Source: Fonticula alba ATCC 38817
Lineage: Eukaryota > Protista > Nucleariida
Assembly: GCA_000388065.2 (NCBI GenBank)
Contig: KB932202.1
DNA length: 64,000 bases
Direction: 5' to 3' (one strand)
In this document: piece after piece, positions 35,514 through 47,509 of the stretch
Layout: each line of letters opens with the position of its first letter
How positions within the stretch are numbered: the first letter of the stretch is position 1
Program-made: the position numbers and the translations under genes
The notes under the pieces: generated by a model
What the model was told of the DNA's origin: nothing
Database searches by the model: none
Seen by the model: the letters and a program-made list of their open reading frames with translations, nothing else

Positions 35514-38500
35514 ATGCCCGCGCCCGGCCACGGTACTGTCCTGTCTGCCCGCCCATCTCCGCCCCCCTCTCCCACTACTCGCCTCCGCTCTCCCGGCTCC
35601 GGCTCACCCCCCCTCCCCCCACCCCCCAGCCCAAGGCGCGCGGCCAATCGTGGCGTTCCTCGTGCTCTTCACGGCGGCCGTTGCGGCGGTCGCCTCATCG
35701 ACACACTCGCGCTCCCTCGCCGCCGAGCACATGATGGGCCCCGCGGCGGCGACCACTGCGACAGCTGCTGCCTTGGTGCCCGGCGCTCGGCTGGCCGCCC
35801 CGGAGGGCGTTTGCCCAGCCGCCAAGGCCGAAGCCCTCCTGGCTGACCAGTGGTGGTGCCCCGCCGCGGCCCCCGTCGTTCTCTCCCACGCCGGGCCCCA
35901 CTCGCACGGGCCCCACCCGGACGAGGTCCCCTGGCCGATGGTCGATCACCAGCGCTGGCGCGCCGCCATGCACACCAGCCTCCAGGCGTTCCTGGCCGAT
36001 CGGCTGGCCGGAACCCCGGCCTCCGAGCGCCTCCGACGCCTGCGTATCGAGGATGTGGACTTTGCGGAGCAGCCGGCCGAGGCCCAAGACTCCCGGTGCC
36101 GGGCTCTCTTCGCGGCGCAGGCCGACTTGGCCGACCGGTGCGAGCGCCTGAGTCAACTCCTCCTGCAGCAAGTGCGTCTCCTCGGCCCGGCCGAGGGGGC
36201 CCTTGGTGCCTTGCCGGAGATGTTCCTCCCCTCGGCGGCCGATGGCCTGGTGGTCCTCCTGCGTGAGGGGCTCGGGACCCTGCTTCGCGGGGGGCCTGAC
36301 GCCGGCGCTGGCCCCGGGCCCGGGCGCGCTGCCGGCCACGGGGATGTCCCCTTGGAGCAGCCGGACCTGGCCATGGCCGCCACCCCGGTGATGCCCGGCA
36401 GCCCGGCGGCGGCGGCGGCGGCGGCGGCGGCCGTCTCGCCGATTGGGGATCTCTTTGGCTCGGAGGCCGAATGCCCCATCGCTCGGGCTGCGCATGCCGG
36501 GCCCGGTCGGCATTACTTCGGCCCGCCGGACAATGTGTGCATGCCTGCAGGGGGCCCCGGCAGCCCGGCGGCAAGCGCGGCCCCTGCCGCCGCAGCTCCC
36601 CGCGATCCCTTTCTCCATTCGGCCTGGCGGAGCAGCGGCCGGTCGCAATTCCGGCCCTTCCTCCACGACGGCCTGCAGGTGCTGGACACCGAGGCCCGGC
36701 GCCTGCTCTTCCGCCTGGCTCCGGCTGATGGGATCCTGCTTCCCCTGCGCCGGGCACCGGAGATGTATTCGCCCCTGCGTCGGGCCGTGCGCACGCGCGG
36801 CTCGGCCGCCGGTCAGGGTGCCGCGTCACTCGTGCGGCTGATCCGGCCGGCCCCGGGCGCCCGGCCGCAGGACGATGCCCAGCAACCGGGCGCCTGCCAT
36901 CCCCCGGCCGCGGGGCCGCGCCACGCACATGGCCACCAGGGCTGGACCCCGGTGCACCCGCTGATGGCGGCCGCCCCCCCCACGACGCCGGCCGACAGCC
37001 CGGCGTGCGTCCAGCCGCCCGCATCGGGAGATCCCCCGCGGCCCCGGACGCGCTTGGCCGTTGCCCGGCCCACTTGGCTCGGGACCGCGCTGTCCCTCCC
37101 CTTGACCGAGGCCGAGATCGCCGAGGCCGAGTCTTCCTTCACAATTCGCCTTGTCCGCCGGCTGGTGGATCTGGCCCTCGGGCGCCTTCGTCGGCCCCTC
37201 TCGGCCGAGGGGGTCCTCTTGGTCCCGCCCTCCGGTGGCCGACTTCAGCCGGCGCGCCTGCTTGCCTCTGCTGTGGGTCGTCCCTCGGGCGACCATCGCA
37301 TTGGTGTGTCCCCCCTCCTTTTTCTCTCTCTCTCTCTCTCTCCCTCTTCCGAAGGGGCCTTGCTCTGGGCAAGCGCGCGCACACACACACACACACCACT
37401 CTACTCCTGGATGCCTGTCGTTGCCGCCGCCCCCTCGCGCTCTCCTCCCACTCTCTCTTTCTCGCTCTCTCTCTCTCTCTCCCGTCAACTCCTACATTTG
37501 GGTCTCTCTTTTCTGACCAAGCCCTTTCCACCTCAGAGGAGATGCTTGCCCCGGCCCGTGCTCCGGCCAAGGGACGCGGGGCGGTCCCACCCGCCGGGGC
37601 CCTGGCCGTGCCCTTCCGCCCCCGGGCCAAGCATGTGGCCTCCGGGTCGCCTGCGCCGGCCTCAGCAGCAGGGCCACACCCCCGCCATGGGCGTCCCGGG
37701 GCCCGGGGCCAGCCGATCCCCCGGACCGGGGCCTCTCCGACCATTGCCACTGCGGCCGCCCTCCCGGCCAATGTCAATCCCCTGCCCGCATCCTTGCTCC
37801 ACTGGTTTGAGCGCCGGTCGCTCGAGCTAGATCAGATATTCCCGCCAGCTCCACCGGCCGCGGCCGAGGCCTTCCTCCGGCTGGCACCGCTGCACTACGG
37901 TTGGGACCGCTCGGACTCGCAGTTTGTCGACGCCGGGGTCTTCTCGGTGGAGGCTCGCCCGTTGGGGTTCCATTCGCTCAGCTCCCACACCTCCTTCCCG
38001 GCGGTCAGCAAGCAGCGGGTGTATGGCTCCCCCGCCTCGCGGCCGGGGGGGCCCCCTGCCCAAGGCCCGAATGCAGGCGCCCGGGCCCCGGTGGTGGCCG
38101 GCCATCTGGATGCTGGCCCTTCCGGCGGCTCAGCCTGCCAGGTGGCCATGTGCCCTTGGCCGCCGGGTCCAGCCCTGGATCGCACCTGCTCTGCCAGTGA
38201 CCGGTGCTCGGGCGGCCCGCCGGCGGTTCAGTCCTCGAAGCCGGTGCCCGGCGGTCCCGGCTCCAACTCCACCCCGCGACAGCCGTCCCCCTGGCCAACC
38301 GGCGACACAGGGCACTCTGGTGGCGCGGGCGACCCCAGCACCGGGCCGGTGCCCCATGGGCGTCCCCTGGACGGGCTGCCCGCCGCCCAGCGCCGGGTCC
38401 TGCAACTGGTATCCGGCGTCGGGGCCCAGGCGTGGAATACCTACGGCCGGCGGTATCTCGGCATGGAGGTGGTTCTGCTCCGGCAATGGGACCCGAGTGC

Positions 38501-39149
38501 CGTGCTGCTGTGGCTCATTATCATCGCTTCGGCCGGGTGGCTGGTGGCCGTGGCGTCGGCTTGGTGTGCCGCCGGGGATGCCCTGCTGGCTCCCTTCGCC
38601 GGCGTGCCCAGCCATGGCGCCCCTGCGCTGGACTCGGATCGGCGGCGCTTCGCCGCCAGCCTCCGGCCCTTCGGTGCCGGGCTCATGCCACTTGGCGTGG
38701 CTCGGGATCTGGCTCTGGCCGGGATGGAGAGCCAATTCGCCGCCCACCTCCGCGAGGAGGAGGAGCGCCGACTGGGGGCCGTCCGCCGGGCCTTCCTTCG
38801 GCCGGCCGTGGCGGCTTCCCCGGCTGATGGTGAGCCGGCTGTCAGGCTGCCCGGGCCCGGTGGACCGGGTCAACTGGCGGCCTCGGCGGCACTTGACTCG
38901 CCGCCCTGCTCGCCGCTTGCCGTGTCCGATGGCCTGCTTGCCGCGGCTCCCGGGCGCGCCGGGCGACTGTCCATCTCCCTGCCATCAGCCGGCCAGCCCG
39001 AGGGGGGGGCCCGCCGGCAGGACGATGCCGACGGCTCGGATGTCGCCCCTTTCATGTCGAATGATGTCTCCTCGACTCTCGATGCCATGTCTCCGCAGCT
39101 GGCCACGCCCTGTCTGGGCGCCTGCATCGCGGATGTCCTCTGCCAGTGA
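35514..39149 (+). CDS. Hypothetical ~1100-aa protein with a signal-peptide-like N-terminus and one late TM helix; exons 35514-35532, 35630-37303, 37537-39149
   Basis: ACCATG at 35514 splices in frame (phase 1) into ORF 35650, which splices in frame into ORF 37005. Hydrophobic segments IVAFLVLFTAAVAAVASS and AVLLWLIIIASAGWLVAVASAW. Confidence 0.68.
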
Positions 39150-39786
39150 GAGCTGACGGCAGGCGGCAAGGAGGGCGAGACCCATGTCGGCCGTGGAGAT
39201 GCAGAAGGCCTGAGGCCCACTTTTCGATGCGCGGAACCCTGGGAGCATGGGGGGAAGTTGCAAGCAGCGGACGCCCTGACCTCCCTTCTCCCCCAGCTTA
39301 GGCCCCTCCCCCCCTCCCCCCCTCCCCCCCNNNNNNNNNNNNNNNNNNNNNNNNNNNNNNNNNNNNNNNNNNNCCCACATCCAGACATTTGCCCCCACCC
39401 CCGCATCCCATCGGTTTAGGTGGGAGTGAGTGTTCTCAACGCGCTAGCGCGGCCAGTTTGCCGCACCTTGCGCGTGTACCGCCAATCATGCCTCCAATAT
39501 ATTGACCTTGAGAAATCGCACGCGGCGTGTGTGTGTCCCCCCCTTGCCCCGTCTTATGTGCGCGCATTACCGGGCTTCGCCGGCTCGGGTGCGGCACGCA
39601 TGCACATATATCTCGAGGGTCGCCAATGGACAAGCGAATGGACATGGACACATGTCCTGATCACACAGGACAGCGGGGGTGTATTCTCAGCAGGCGTGAA
39701 AGAGGAACAGCGATCGAGACAGGGGGGGGGGGGGGGACGAAAGACATGGAAGAATGCATCGTGTTTTGTGGAAAGACCAAGCGCTC

Positions 39787-40949
39787 TCACATGGAGATCG
39801 GCAGATCGGGCTGGACGATCTCAATGGCATAACCGTCCGGGTCGTGGATGAAAGCCACACCCTTGATCATGCCGTCATCCGGGCGCTTGGTGAACTTCAC
39901 CTTGTGGTCGTCAAAGTGCTTGCAGGCAGCAGTCAGGTCGGGCACCGACAGGCAGAGGTGGCCTGAAGAGGCGGACCCAGCCAGGAGGGGGGAGGGGCGA
40001 GGGGACGAAGGGCGGCAGTGGGGTGGCAGGAGAGGGTCAATGGCCTATCGGGGTCGGGGAGGGGGGACAATTCAGAGGGAAGGGAAGAAGGAAAGCGAAG
40101 GACCCTCCACGCGCGGGCACATCCACCGAGTGAAGGAGGGGGAGGCGGGGAGGGGCTGGCAAGGAAAGGTACGCACCAAAGCCGCGAGGCTCGGAGTTGC
40201 CACCATGGTAGCCCTTGAAGGACTCGTCGGACTCGGTGCCCCAGTTGCTGAATCCCGGAGTTAGGCCAATGGTGGGAAGATCCTGTGCAGAGGCATGAAA
40301 AATGCGAGGGCCGGGAGGGGGAAGGGGGAGATCGACGTACTGGCACAGCTCCACGAGAGCCAGGCGCCCGAACAGGAGCTTGAGCTTCTCCGGGGAGTTG
40401 TTCTCGGCCGCGCCGAAGCTCTGGTAAAGCTCGTACTCCTCATCCGTCACATGGCCCATGAAGTAGTTGGTGAACTTGGCCATCTCGACATCCATCTTGT
40501 AAAGAAGGCTACAACCGAGCAGTGTTCCGGTAGAGAGAGAGAGAGAGCGGGAGAGAGCGGGAGAGAGCGGGAGAGAGCGGGAGAGAGCGGGAGAGAGCGG
40601 GAGAGAGGGCGCAAGATACATCGGGGTCAGACCTTGTCGCCCGATGCAGAGGATGAGGCTGGGGGGGCACAGGACAGGCGTAGGGCGGCAGGAGGGAATG
40701 GACTGATGACGAGAGAAGGGCTGGTGACGCACCGCATGCCAAGAACCTCCTGGTAGAACTTCAGGGAGGGCTCCGGGTCGCGGACGCGGATCATGACTAG
40801 CGAGTGCAAAGGGGAGGGCAAATCGACGGACGAAAAAACAGTCAGAGTGGGCTCCAGGCGATGGCATCACATGCGGGATCGCCGCCGGCACAGAGGCGGC
40901 GAAGGGGAAACGCACCATGGTTGAGCTTGAAGCCAGAGGTAGCAGACAT
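39787..40949 (-). CDS. GLO1: Glyoxalase I (lactoylglutathione lyase), single VOC domain; exons 40949-40916, 40796-40733, 40508-40341, 40247-40177, 39962-39787
   Basis: Spliced product reads FKLNHVMIRVRDPEPSLKFYQEVLGMR..VELCHNWGTE..YHGGNSEPRGFGHLCLSVPD..KRPDDGMIKGVAFIHDPDGYAIEI. All four metal ligands (H, E, H, E) are present. Confidence 0.96.
40544..40606. repeat. (GAGAGAGCGG)n decamer repeat in GLO1 intron 2
   Basis: About six tandem units. Confidence 0.9.
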
Positions 40950-41464
40950 GGTGAGTAGTAGGGGAGGGGGGATATGACAACCGCAACGAGGGCCGACAGG
41001 GAGGGGACAGGAGGAGACGAAAGCACACAGCAAGATGGAGGGCTCTGGCAAAATGACCGGGAGAAGTTGCATGTCGAGCGCCTCCTTATATCCCGGCGCC
41101 CGGCAGATCTCGCCGAGGCGTGACTGATGGCGCAGCCCCCGCCCCCCGTCCCCCGTTCCCTGTCCCGCGGCATCAGACCCCACCATCGTGGGATTACGCC
41201 GAACCACACCGCAGGGGGCCCACCACCCCAGATGGCCGGGTGTGTCACCGCCGTGGGCACCCCGCTTAGTCTCCCACCCCCCCCGCCCCCTGCCCGATCA
41301 GCCACGAACCACCTAGAACGCCCAGCACAGAGAACGATGGGGTGGTCATGTGGTTTGTTTGGGATCACGCCGGTCTCTTGGTAAGAGACTCCTGTCACGC
41401 ACTCACGGGACCATGCATGTGGGGACGCCATGCCAGCCCGGGCGAGGAAGAGCGCCGATCGGAA

Positions 41465-43113
41465 TCAAACCCCGCCGTCGCCGCCGCCGCCGCCGCCAGT
41501 AAGCACCACATCCACGATGTCCTCGTCCTCGATGTCCAGCGAGGCGGGGGTCTCCTCCGGGGAGAGTACCTCCCCATCAAAGCGCAGGGATATCCCCTGG
41601 GCGTGGGGGAAATCCACCTCAAGGAGTTGAGAGATCAGATCGGCGACCGTGGCATTCTGGGAGGATAGGCGTGTGTGTGTGTGTGCGCGACGTGGGGCGC
41701 ATGGGCAAATGACGATGTCAGTGTCCTGCCTGTGCTGGCGCATGCGAATAAAGGATCACAGAGGGGCGGGGCCGAGGGAACATGGGGGGGGGAGGAAGTC
41801 ACACGTACTCGTGACACGCGCTTGGTGATGGAGGCCCGAGTGGCGGAGTTGAAGCGCAAGAGGACGGTCTCCTCCTCGGCAAAGGCCGTCAAGCTCAAGA
41901 GATCATCCAACAGGGGCGACGGCCCGGTGGCCGAGTGATCAGCAGCCTGCCCGGCAGACGATGGAGAGGATGCCGAGCCCGGGGCCATCCCCCCGGGCTT
42001 CGGGGACAGGTCGCCGCCCATGGGCTCCAGGGCCAGGGGCGACTGGCTATCCGCGGCATCGGCCTCCTCGTCGGATGTCAACAGGTTGACAATCGACTCG
42101 GCCCAGGCCAGGGAAAACATGCCGGTCTCCGGGACGGCCGGCGGCTCGGGCAACGGGCCCCGAGGACCGGGCGAAGCCCCGTGCTTCGTGTCGGGGGATG
42201 TCTGCCCATCGGGAGCTTCGAAGGCGCTCTTGCCCTCGGCCGATGAGGGGTTGGTCAGCTGGACGATGGCCGGCAGATCGGACTGCTGGCCGCGCAATGC
42301 CTCGGCCGTGGGCCAGTAGGGGTATGGAGCGACCAGCAGCTCCACGGGCGAAGGCAGCCCCGGCTGGCTGGGGTCCGGGATCATGCCGATCATAAAGGGA
42401 TACATGCTGGGGTTGAGCCGGCGCCCGCGCCAGAAAAAGTAAAGACCGCCGATGGCCGACCGGTCGAGCTTCGGGCCCGGCCCATCCGGGCTGCCCGGGT
42501 CCGTGACGCGCTGTGGCAGGAGCGACAGATCCAGATCGGCCGACAGGCCCAGGGGTGTTTGCCCGCACGCGCGCCCGTACGCCGCGAAGGGCAGCGACAG
42601 AGGCTCGACAGTCGACCCGTCGACCGTGCGCACCGGCAGCGTCGGCGCCGGGGGGACCTTCCCGCGGAACGGCTCCAGCAGCGGGGCCAGCGGGGCCGGG
42701 GCGATGTTGATGATCAGGCGCCGACCGCGCAGGCGCATGGTCTCGGTGCCGGTGGACGAGAAGACCGACGAGGAGGCGCCGCTGTCGCCGCCACTCGAAC
42801 CGAGGTATCGCTCGGACGTGGCACGCAGCTTGGCCACGGACTCCTGCAGGGTGGGCTGCCGGCCGGCGTACCGGTGGCTGCTGTAATTCGAGGGGTGATA
42901 CTCGTCGCTCGGGCTGGGAGACCGCCGACGACGGGAGCGGGTCGATGAAATCGCCGGAGGTGCTGCCTCGGCCCCGGCCGGCATGGGGGCTGCCGCGGCC
43001 GCGCTCGCATGCCGGGACCCGGGGCGGCGGAGCCGGGCTGTGGCCACCTGACGCCGGTCCCCCTCCTCATCGGAGGAGGAATCGACGAGATCGATGACAT
43101 CGGGCCCGGCCAT
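41465..43113 (-). CDS. RENi-family (Rad60/Esc2/NIP45-like) protein with SIMs and two SUMO-like domains; intron 41808-41657
   Basis: N-terminal VIDLVDSSSDEE, SLD1-like LYFFWRGRRL, and SLD2 ETVLLRF..SR|NATVADLI..ISLRFDGEVLSPEETPASLDIEDEDIVDV. Confidence 0.8.
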
Positions 43114-43940
43114 GTTGGCGAGACGGAGGCACTCCGGCTCGGGGAGGGCGCGCGCGCGCGCGGGAGGGCGAGGGACCGTGGCGAGAGCCTTCGAGACGCC
43201 GGTGGGGGGGGGGGCAGAGGGGGGCGGGGGAATGGCAGGCGAAAGAAAAGGAAGGAGGAGAGCACGAGCAAGGGAGGGGGGGGGGAGGTGGGGGCAGGAA
43301 TCAAACTGCCCGGGCCCTTGGGCGCGCCGGGTGCGGGCTGGTGACCGAAAAAAAGGGCGCCCGCCGGTTGGCGCGCATGCGCTGGCACCTCTCCTTCCGG
43401 TGGGAGTGCCTGGTGGTGGAAATAAAAACAGCTCCCTGAAAGGGCAGGGGCACCTGGGCGCGATATTTTTATATTACCGACAATATTGAGCGCGCATGCG
43501 CCTTCGCACACGCTTTCATGTCTCGGGTCAAGGACCTCACTGAAGGACTTGTTTCCCCCCCCCCCCCCTTGGGGCCCTCCAGGGGCTTTCGGCGCAACAG
43601 ACTGACCCCGGCCCGGGAGGAGCGCCGCAAGCAGGGGCAGATTCTGCCGAGGAATGCGTCCGCCTTGCCCCCCCCCCCCCCCCCCCCCCCCCCCGGCCCC
43701 CAGGCCCGTGGCCAGGGCGGGACCGCGTCAGCCGGCCCCCCCTCCGGGCGAGGGCTGCGATCGATCTTGAGGGGGGGATCAACCCGACCCTTCGTGGGGG
43801 CTTTTTCGGCCGGCGCAGGACCGGCGCCCCTGCGGCCCGGGGCGGCGACATCCCGCTCCTCCCCTTCCGCGATTGATACACTTCGCTCCCCCTTTCCCTT
43901 TCCCCGTCTTTCTCCGCCCTCCTCCCTTCGACGCATCATC

Positions 43941-46900
43941 ATGTCCTGGGGCTCTGAACTCTGGGTGCGTGGTTCCCCCCTCCTCCGGGAAATGGCCGGA
44001 TGCCCGCCTGCATGTGCCATCTCTGTGGTTCCCCGCCGCACTCAGCACAGCGCTGCTGCTGTGGACCTGTTCTTCCTTCTCTTCCTCTCTCTCTCTCTCT
44101 CCCGTCTTTCTGGCCCTGACGCCTGTTCTCCCTGCCACACGCAAAACAGGACAAGTTCCGCGAGCTGGACCAGGTGACCAAGGAGAACTCCGACTCGGTC
44201 AGCAGCTTCGTGGACTTCCTCCGGAAGAAGGCTGCCCTGGACCTGGAATACTCGCGCGGTCTGCAGAAGCTGACCAAGGCCACCCTATCGATGGGCGTCT
44301 TCTGCGGGGAGGCTGTAACCATGACGCCCGGGTCCTCCGGCGGCTCGAGCTCCTTCGGGTCTTTCGGCCTTGGGCAGTCATCGAGCTCCGGATCGACCAA
44401 CCCCAAGTCGCGCATCACTTCGCGCATTGACGAATTCCGCAGCACGACGTGCGTATTTGGGTGCATCTGCATGTGCACACCCACCCACATGCACGATGCA
44501 TGCCGTCGGCTCCACTCACAAGCTCCCTGACTGACATGCGCCCTGTCTCCAATGGTCCCGCGCTCGGTTAGCTCCCTGTCGACCGCGCTGCGGTCCATGC
44601 TGCAGGAGACCTACGAGGCGGCCACCTGCATCGAAAGCCACTCGATCACGCTCAATGACGAGGCTGCCGACCTGAGCGCCAAGCTCCTGAAGGATATTGA
44701 GGCCCAGCGCAAGTCGGTGCGTTTGTCCCTCCCCCCCTCCCCCCTCGGTGTTGCTGGTCACATCTCGCCCTATTTTTCTCCTGCGCTCAGACTGACTCCT
44801 CACCCCATGTGTCTTGCCTCCGGCCTGTTGCAGATCAACAATGAGTATGACTCCAAGAAGACTGAGCTTCAGAAGAACATCAAGCAGCTGGAAACCTACC
44901 AGAAGAACTACCACTCGGTGGCCAAGGAGGCTGACCGCGCACTCGCTGCCTTCGAAAAGGTGGAAAAGGACCTGAAGTCTTCGAAGTCCGAGCTGGAGAA
45001 GGTTCGCCGCCGGTGCCATCTCACCGTCCACACTTGCGTTCCCCTGCTGTGGCCGCTCACCCCCCTTCTCTTTGCTTCCCTTCTCGTCTTCTCTGCGCTC
45101 TTTTGCCGGCCATCCCTCCCCTCTCCCTGGCCCTTTGTCTTCCTCGGCTCCTGCCTCGGTGCAGGCTACCGCGGCCTACCGTGCTCAAACGGAGAAGCTT
45201 CGAAATGCCGAGGAGTCGTACGCCTTCATCCTGGAGAAGACCAACCAGCACCAGACCCGACACTACCGCGAGGAGATCCCCAACATCATCAACAGCATCC
45301 AGCAGCTGGAGATCGACCGGATCCTGCGCCTGCGCGAGGCCATCCTCCTCTACTCGGATTCGTATCTGCTCCAGGCACCGAAGATCGTCACTGCCTTCGA
45401 GAATATTGCCCTGCTGGCCGGGTCCATCGACGCGGCATCCGATTGCCAGGTACGCCACCGGGGCCCACCTCCGGCCCCCCCGTGTGAACCGGCCTTAGTG
45501 TCTTCGGTCCTCTCCGCCTCCTGACTGTGGTGAGCTTTCGCCCTTTGTCTGCCCCCCTCTCCGCCTCTGCCCTCCTCCGGTGCAGATCTATATCGACGCC
45601 TTCGCCTCGGGCGGCGCATACCCGCCGGACATGGTGTTCGTGCCGCACCGCGTGGGCGCCCCCACGCCGGACTCCTTTGTGGCCTTCTCCTCGATCGGTG
45701 CCGATCGCCTGGGCCCCGACGCGGCTCCCGGCTCCGGCGGGCCCTCCGGCACGGCGGCATGCTCTTCGACGGCCGACTTGACCCCGGCCACCAAGCGCTG
45801 GATCGACTTCGCCGACCATCCCCTTTGGATGGACCCGGCCTCCGGGATCGTCACGCCGGAGGAGCAGGCCGACATCTTGCGTGATGAGGTGGCCCGCACG
45901 CACTTGGAACTGATCTCGCTGGAGAAGGCCCGCTGGGCCCTGCTTGACCTGCTGGTCGAGTCGTCAAAGCGGGTGCGTGCTGCTATTCCCACCGTCCCTG
46001 GAGGGCGTTCGCCGGGGGTTCGCCACTGGCCCAGGTCCCGCGGAGGGCGTCCACCGGGCTCCTGTTCTTTGGGTCTACTTTCTCCCTCCTTCGCCCTTTC
46101 CCTCTGCCCCCCCCCCCCCCCCCCGGCCGTGCCATGTTTTGACACTCAGCCTCCACTCCCCCCCTCTTCCACATACGCGCATACGCCCCTACACCCAGGG
46201 CGACCCCTCTCCCTCGGTGCCGGTGCCCAATTCACATGGCACCCAGTTGCTCTCCTCGCGTCTGGAGGACATTGAGGAGCAAATTGACTCCTTCACCACG
46301 GAGCTCTACCGGTGCCAGTGCTTCTTGGCGGCGCTGGCTGGGACCCGGCCGCCGGATGGTCCCATGAGCCCGGAGGAGCGCCGGCAGCTGACGCTGGCCT
46401 CATCGCAGCACCACCTTCCGGCGGCCTCGGTCCATGGGCCAGGCACCAGCGACGCGTACCTTCACTCGGCTGCCGCCCACAAGACGGCGGTCATGGGGTC
46501 CGGATTGCGGGGGCTCCAGGGCACCGGCAACCGGGGCTACATGACGATCGCCACGCACTCGACGTCGGGGCAGGCCGGGGCCATGCACCGGGGGGCCACC
46601 ACCGGCGGCGGCTACACCGCGGGCGGCCTTGCCGGAGGCGGGGGCCCTGCGCGCGTGGTGGTCTCGGTGGGCTTGAACTCGGGCCACGGATCTGACGGCG
46701 GGACCTCCTTCTCGCCGCCGCCCTCGCCCGGGAACACCGGGGCCTCCTCGCACCACAAGCACTCGAATTCCGGCGGGCCGCTGCGCGACGTGCTGACCGA
46801 CCTGCACACCCTCACCCCGGCGGTCCGGGCATATGGTGCGTATCCCAGCCCCCCCCCCCCCCCCCACGTGGCCATGTTGTTCCCCTTCCCTTGGCTGGGG

Positions 46901-47172
46901 CTGTTGCTGACTGCCATTCCCACCTGGCTTCCCCCTCCTTTGCGGGATGCCCCACAGCTGTCATGAGTTGTGACTTTGTGTTGCCCAACTCGGGCCACAG
47001 CTTGTCCGCGGGCTCCGTCTTGGAAATTGTCAGCCTGTTGGATGAGAGCGGGGCCGAGCTGCCGGTCGAGCTGCCGAACTTTGATGTGGCTGCCACCTTC
47101 CTGGTGCGCACTGGCTTCCCGGAGAGTTCGGTCGTGCATCAGATCCCGGCGTCGGTGGTCCACTGTGTGTGA
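43941..47172 (+). CDS. F-BAR protein of the CIP4/FBP17/TOCA type with HR1-like and degenerate SH3-like domains, multi-exon
   Basis: MSWGSELW|DKF resembles FBP17 MSWGTELWDQF. Also FLRKKAALDLEYSRGLQKL, YREEIPNIINSIQQLEIDRI, HR1-like LEDIEEQIDSFTTELYRCQCFLAAL, and a C-terminal SH3-like sequence pattern. Confidence 0.88.
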
Positions 47173-47509
47173 GGGGATCGCCCCTTCGCGTGCGCCGTCC
47201 TGTGCCTCGCCCTCTCTCTCTCTCTCTCTCGTCCCCTCTCCCCTTTGTATTTCCCTGCCCCCTTGCTCCTTTCTCCCCTCCCTGCTTTTCTCTCTCTCTC
47301 TCTCTCTCTCTCCTCGCTTTCTGGCTCATGTGCTTGAAAAACCGGTGTCTTTCCAGCCTTCTGTTCGGTCGCTTTTCGCACCAGGCGCGGCGTCGGCCTA
47401 CCGCGTGTATTCCCCCGCTCTCGGGTCGCCTGCCCCTGCCCGGTTGCATGCGCGCCCCCGCGCGCAGGGGGGGGGGGGGGGGGGGGGAGGGGGACGGACC
47501 GGCATCTAG

